IMG/VR virus record: IMGVR_UViG_3300045988_154943
Span: 1 to 48,444 of that record
Length of the DNA stretch: 48,444 bases
DNA from: a virus
Strand: one strand, 5' to 3'
Below the pieces are notes generated by a model. That model was given only the letters and a program-made list of their open reading frames with translations. It searched no databases and was not told where the DNA came from. The translations under genes and the position numbers were made by a program. Below are positions 45,505 through 48,444 of the stretch, piece by piece; position 1 is the stretch's first letter, and each line of letters begins with the position of its first letter.

Positions 45505-45705
45505 ATGAAAGATATGATAATTGATATAATTTATGATAAAATAAAAGACTACAACTTTTATAATTATAGCAATGAAGAAGTTATGAAAGATGTTAAATTT
45601 GAAAAATATGAGAATATTTTAGGAGAAAATTGTATTAAAATTAAAATAAACAACATTGAATATGTTGTAAGTTGTAATGAGATTTTTAAAGGAAGTGATA
45701 AATAA
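45505..45705 (+). CDS. hypothetical protein (start trimmed to MKDMIIDII)
   Basis: The in-frame upstream extension in the ORF track is Arg-rich and overlaps the previous gene; the internal ATG has a GGAGAG SD. Confidence 0.4.
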   Translation: MKDMIIDIIYDKIKDYNFYNYSNEEVMKDVKFEKYENILGENCIKIKINNIEYVVSCNEIFKGSDK

Positions 45706-45917
45706 TGAATGATTATAAAATAGACTTTTTGAAGTTAGTAAAAGATAAAACAACATTTTTATATGAAGATAATGACAATGATAAAGAAAATAAACCTAGT
45801 GAAGAATTAGAAAAGAAAATTGCTGAAAGTGTGGCAAATGATTTTGAGTTATGGAACAAAATTGACGAAACAATTAACTATTGGTATCAAAATAAAGAAT
45901 TTTTGGAGGTTAAATAA
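45705..45917 (+). CDS. hypothetical acidic protein
   Basis: 70 aa, coupled. Confidence 0.4.
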   Translation: MNDYKIDFLKLVKDKTTFLYEDNDNDKENKPSEELEKKIAESVANDFELWNKIDETINYWYQNKEFLEVK

Positions 45918-46423
45918 TGGGGTTACTACATGAAATGGCGACCATATCTTATAACCAAACGAAAGCACAACAGATTAAGGCTGAGAAAGACAAGCAAAAA
46001 CAACTTGAAGAGGACTTGAAGAAAGATGTTAAAAGGTTATTAAAATATGGTTTTGATTTAGTATACAACAACGATTATGACTTCTTATATGTTTATAACT
46101 CAAAGGAACATCTTGTAACAGGTGTTTATAATGACATTTTGAGCATTAAAAATGAATTAGGAGAACAAAAATATAATTGCAACTATTATGATACTTTTGA
46201 CTATATAGAAGAACAATTTGAGAAAGAGTTTGATAAATTTAAAAGAGAAAAAGAGAAATCAAAAAAGTTACAACAAGAACAAGAAAGAGAAAGGGAAAGG
46301 CAAAATAGAAAAAATGCTAAAGGCTTATCACTAAAAAATATACCATTAGCATATAAATCTCTAGCACTTTCAATAATTTTAGACAAAGTAACTAAAAATT
46401 GGAATAAGCCACGAAAATATTAA
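45917..46423 (+). CDS. hypothetical protein with charged coiled-coil centre
   Basis: 168 aa, last gene of the plus-strand cluster. Confidence 0.45.
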   Translation: MGLLHEMATISYNQTKAQQIKAEKDKQKQLEEDLKKDVKRLLKYGFDLVYNNDYDFLYVYNSKEHLVTGVYNDILSIKNELGEQKYNCNYYDTFDYIEEQFEKEFDKFKREKEKSKKLQQEQERERERQNRKNAKGLSLKNIPLAYKSLALSIILDKVTKNWNKPRKY

Positions 46424-46424
46424 T

Positions 46425-46452
46425 ACAACTTTAATTAGTTGTATTTTTTGTT
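46425..46452 (+). terminator. rho-independent terminator (ATACAAC/GTTGTAT stem plus T-run)
   Basis: ATACAACtttaattaGTTGTATttttttg immediately after the 46423 stop. Confidence 0.65.
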
Positions 46453-46664
46453 TGTAAATGAAAAAAGGCTTACAACAAAAAGTAAGTGTAAAGTATTTTT
46501 TGCATTTATTTTGAGCCTATTTTGGAGTACATTTCAGCCACGTTTGAATTGTTTTAGTACAAATATACTATATTGTACATTTTCTTCTCAAACAGGTTTA
46601 TTTTGGGGTTATATGATATGTGCTTTTTTTGTACATTTTTTTCGTATTGGTCAAGAAAAGGCAC

Positions 46665-46746
46665 GTTTAGGTCTGGAGATTTTTTGGGAGTGGAAATAGT
46701 CTGGAAATTTTTGAGTTTAATATTTTGCACCTTTCTGGAGATTATC
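46665..46746. repeat. three direct repeats (G/T)TCTGGA(G/A)AT spaced ~33 bp
   Basis: gtctggagat (46667), gtctggaaat (46699), ttctggagat (46733); span the 3' end of the HNH gene and convergent intergenic region. Confidence 0.5.
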
Positions 46747-47616
46747 TTTTGCTTTCAATAATTGAAGATTAGTATAATGGCAAAGTTTTTCTACCTCTAA
46801 CATGGTAGTAGCAGTAGCAAGTGGTTTTATGTGGTCTATATGTACTGGCTCTTGACCTACATACTCATAACCATAATTTTGTACAAAAGTTTTTAACAAA
46901 TATTCTACTAATTCATCTATGTTAAGCCCAACTATTTCTTCTAACTTTTTATTTTTTACATATTTTTTTCTTTTAAAACTATCTTTAATGTTATTCCTAA
47001 GCCTATCTTTCATCTTCAAAATTGGGTCTGCATTTCTTTTGAGATAATCTCTTTGTTGCATTAATCTAATTCTCTCTGGATTATTTTTAACCCATTCTTT
47101 CTTTTGCTGGAGACATTGGTTTCTATGTTCTAAGTAATACTCCTTGCGTTTTCTCTTAAAATATTCTTTATTCGTTTTTCTATATATTTTGTTATATTCT
47201 CTATATTCATCTTTGTGTTTGCTGCGATATTGTTTTGCTTGTTCGCGAAGTTTTTCTTTATTGTTAGTTCTATATTCTTTTGCCTTTTGTTTGATTTTTT
47301 CGGCATTTATTTCTTTGTATTGTTTTCTTTTTTCTCTTATGATAACGCGGTTTTTAATTTCATATTCTTTTTTACATTGTGCTATTTTTTCCTTGTGCTT
47401 CTCTCTGTATTCTTTACCGCTTTTTTTAATTTGTTCCTTATGTTCTTCACGATATTTTTTATTATATTTTGCAAGTTGTTCTTTATGTTCGTGACAATAG
47501 TTTAAACTTCTCTTTTTTTCACATTCTTTACATTCACCACGATAATATCCTTTGGAATATCTGAATTCTTCAATAGGTTTATCTATCCCACATTTTGAAC
47601 ATTTTTTCATTTCCAT
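46717..47616 (-). CDS. HNH endonuclease with N-terminal zinc ribbon and a central array of ~9 lysine-rich 15-aa repeats
   Basis: CSKCG...CKECEKK ribbon; repeats of pattern hxxxKxY(R)xx(H/N)KExx (e.g. IKKSGKEYREKHKEK, IKQKAKEYRTNNKEK); C-terminal HNH VHIDHIKP...NLQLLKAKDNLQK. Confidence 0.75.
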   Translation of the reverse strand: MEMKKCSKCGIDKPIEEFRYSKGYYRGECKECEKKRSLNYCHEHKEQLAKYNKKYREEHKEQIKKSGKEYREKHKEKIAQCKKEYEIKNRVIIREKRKQYKEINAEKIKQKAKEYRTNNKEKLREQAKQYRSKHKDEYREYNKIYRKTNKEYFKRKRKEYYLEHRNQCLQQKKEWVKNNPERIRLMQQRDYLKRNADPILKMKDRLRNNIKDSFKRKKYVKNKKLEEIVGLNIDELVEYLLKTFVQNYGYEYVGQEPVHIDHIKPLATATTMLEVEKLCHYTNLQLLKAKDNLQKGAKY

Positions 47617-47753
47617 AAAAGCCTCCTATAAAAAATAGACTTATACAAGTACCAAAGCTTTTATTGTTGAGATAATCTCTTTGATACTTATATAAATCTA
47701 TTCTATGATTATCCCAACGAATTAATTATAACATAAAGAGAACAAGAAGTCAA

Positions 47754-47981
47754 TTATTTTTTTCTTGTTCTCTTTTTATTAGCAATTGCTTGCTTCTTTT
47801 TCTCTTTTCTGTACTCAGGATTATTCCAATAATATTTTTTAGAATATTCCGCTTCTTTTTCCTTATTCTTAGAAGCTGTCTCTTTCCTTTGGGCAATTTT
47901 TTCTTCTCTATACTTTTTATTTTTTCTATAATAATCTCTTGCTTTCTTCTTTTCTAAAGTAGTACTAGCCATATATATCAC
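47754..47981 (-). CDS. small basic protein made of the same 15-aa K/R/Y repeat found in the adjacent HNH gene
   Basis: ARDYYRKNKKYREEK / IAQRKETASKNKEKE / AEYSKKYYWNNPEYR; GGAGTG SD; own consensus promoter. Confidence 0.5.
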   Translation of the reverse strand: MIYMASTTLEKKKARDYYRKNKKYREEKIAQRKETASKNKEKEAEYSKKYYWNNPEYRKEKKKQAIANKKRTRKK

Positions 47982-48007
47982 TCCATTCTCTTGATAATTA
48001 CACTGAA

Positions 48008-48036
48008 ATTATATCATTTTTCAGTTTAGTTGTCAA
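48008..48036 (-). promoter_or_regulatory. perfect consensus promoter TTGACA-17-(TG)aTATAAT with extended -10
   Basis: Minus strand TTGACAactaaactgaaaaatgaTATAAT upstream of the 47981 gene. Confidence 0.65.
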
Positions 48037-48040
48037 AACC

Positions 48041-48067
48041 AATAAAAAGAGGAGGTATAAACCTCCA
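48041..48067 (-). terminator. rho-independent terminator ending the integrase operon
   Basis: Minus strand GGAGGTttataACCTCCtcttttta, immediately before the -35 box. Confidence 0.55.
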
Positions 48068-48266
48068 ACATAAAGGACAGTGTTCAGAAATTCATATTAG
48101 TTTCTATGTTCTAAACGTGTGAGAGTGGTTGTGTTTTAAATCGATTAGTCAGGGGGTACAGACTACAGTATCAATGAAAAAGAAAATTCAAAAAATTAAA
48201 TAATGTGTTAATTACTTTACCCACTCTCTAAAATCATTTTACTATTATTTTAAAATAAAGTCAATG

Positions 48267-48444
48267 CTATTTTAAATAACTTTCAACATTTAAACTTTTA
48301 TCTCTCAATTCTTGTTCTTTTTTTTCTATACTAGAATATTTATTTACATATGCTTTCATAATATCTCTTATTTTTTTTTGATAATTTTTACCACAAAGTC
48401 TTTTAAACTCTTCAAGAGTATCGCTTTCTATACGCATAGTGAGA
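48267..48444 (-). CDS. 3' two-thirds of the 65-aa RHH-family protein gene whose start lies at window positions 95..93 (circular junction)
   Basis: Reading frame continuous from window start across the 75-nt overlap; stop TAG at 48269..48267. Confidence 0.5.
   Translation of the reverse strand, partial: LTMRIESDTLEEFKRLCGKNYQKKIRDIMKAYVNKYSSIEKKEQELRDKSLNVESYLK

Noticed and set aside
47144-47505. 116-aa and 96-aa plus-strand ORFs antisense to the HNH-repeat gene
   Set aside because: Generated by the reverse complement of the lysine-codon (AAA/AAG) repeats. Phe/Leu-rich with no start context.

Overview
The window looks like a complete, circularly permuted ~48.4-kb genome of a temperate siphovirus-type phage or prophage from a very AT-rich Firmicute (Clostridia-like codon usage). 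The first 75 nt are repeated exactly at the window end, so the contig closes on itself and one gene spans the junction. Almost all genes are on the minus strand. Reading the minus strand from ~32.8 kb downward: terminase small and large subunits, portal, scaffold, major capsid, head-tail connectors, major tail protein with an Ig-like C-terminus, tail chaperones G/GT joined by a -1 frameshift, tape measure, Dit, Tal, receptor-binding and fibre proteins, holin, CHAP endolysin. A regulatory block follows (RHH protein, tandem-XRE regulator, small HTH protein), then a replication and recombination module: replisome organiser carrying an internal palindromic ori candidate, DnaB helicase, RecT, a NUMOD4-HNH homing endonuclease, an MBL-fold hydrolase, an Rnl2-like RNA ligase, an HU-like fragment and an SSB-like protein. 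The operon ends with a XerC/D-like tyrosine integrase and an RHH gene that crosses the junction. Other units are a second minus-strand operon of small proteins with an orphan beta-class DNA methyltransferase (34.4-41.0 kb), a plus-strand cluster of 12 tiny translationally coupled genes (43.4-46.4 kb), a stand-alone RusA resolvase with its own promoter and terminator, and an HNH nuclease fused to a lysine-rich 15-aa repeat array. Two ORF-free blocks stand out against this dense coding. The first is a ~1.0-kb hairpin-rich, GC-enriched region (33.3-34.3 kb) with its own near-consensus promoter and a bidirectional terminator. The second is a ~400-nt region (41.1-41.5 kb) bracketed by two perfect TTGACA-17-TATAAT promoters and a terminator. 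Both are best explained as structured non-coding RNAs, and the first is possibly a large ornate phage RNA. No tRNA, rRNA or CRISPR array was seen. All calls rest on motif reading by eye; no database searches were run.
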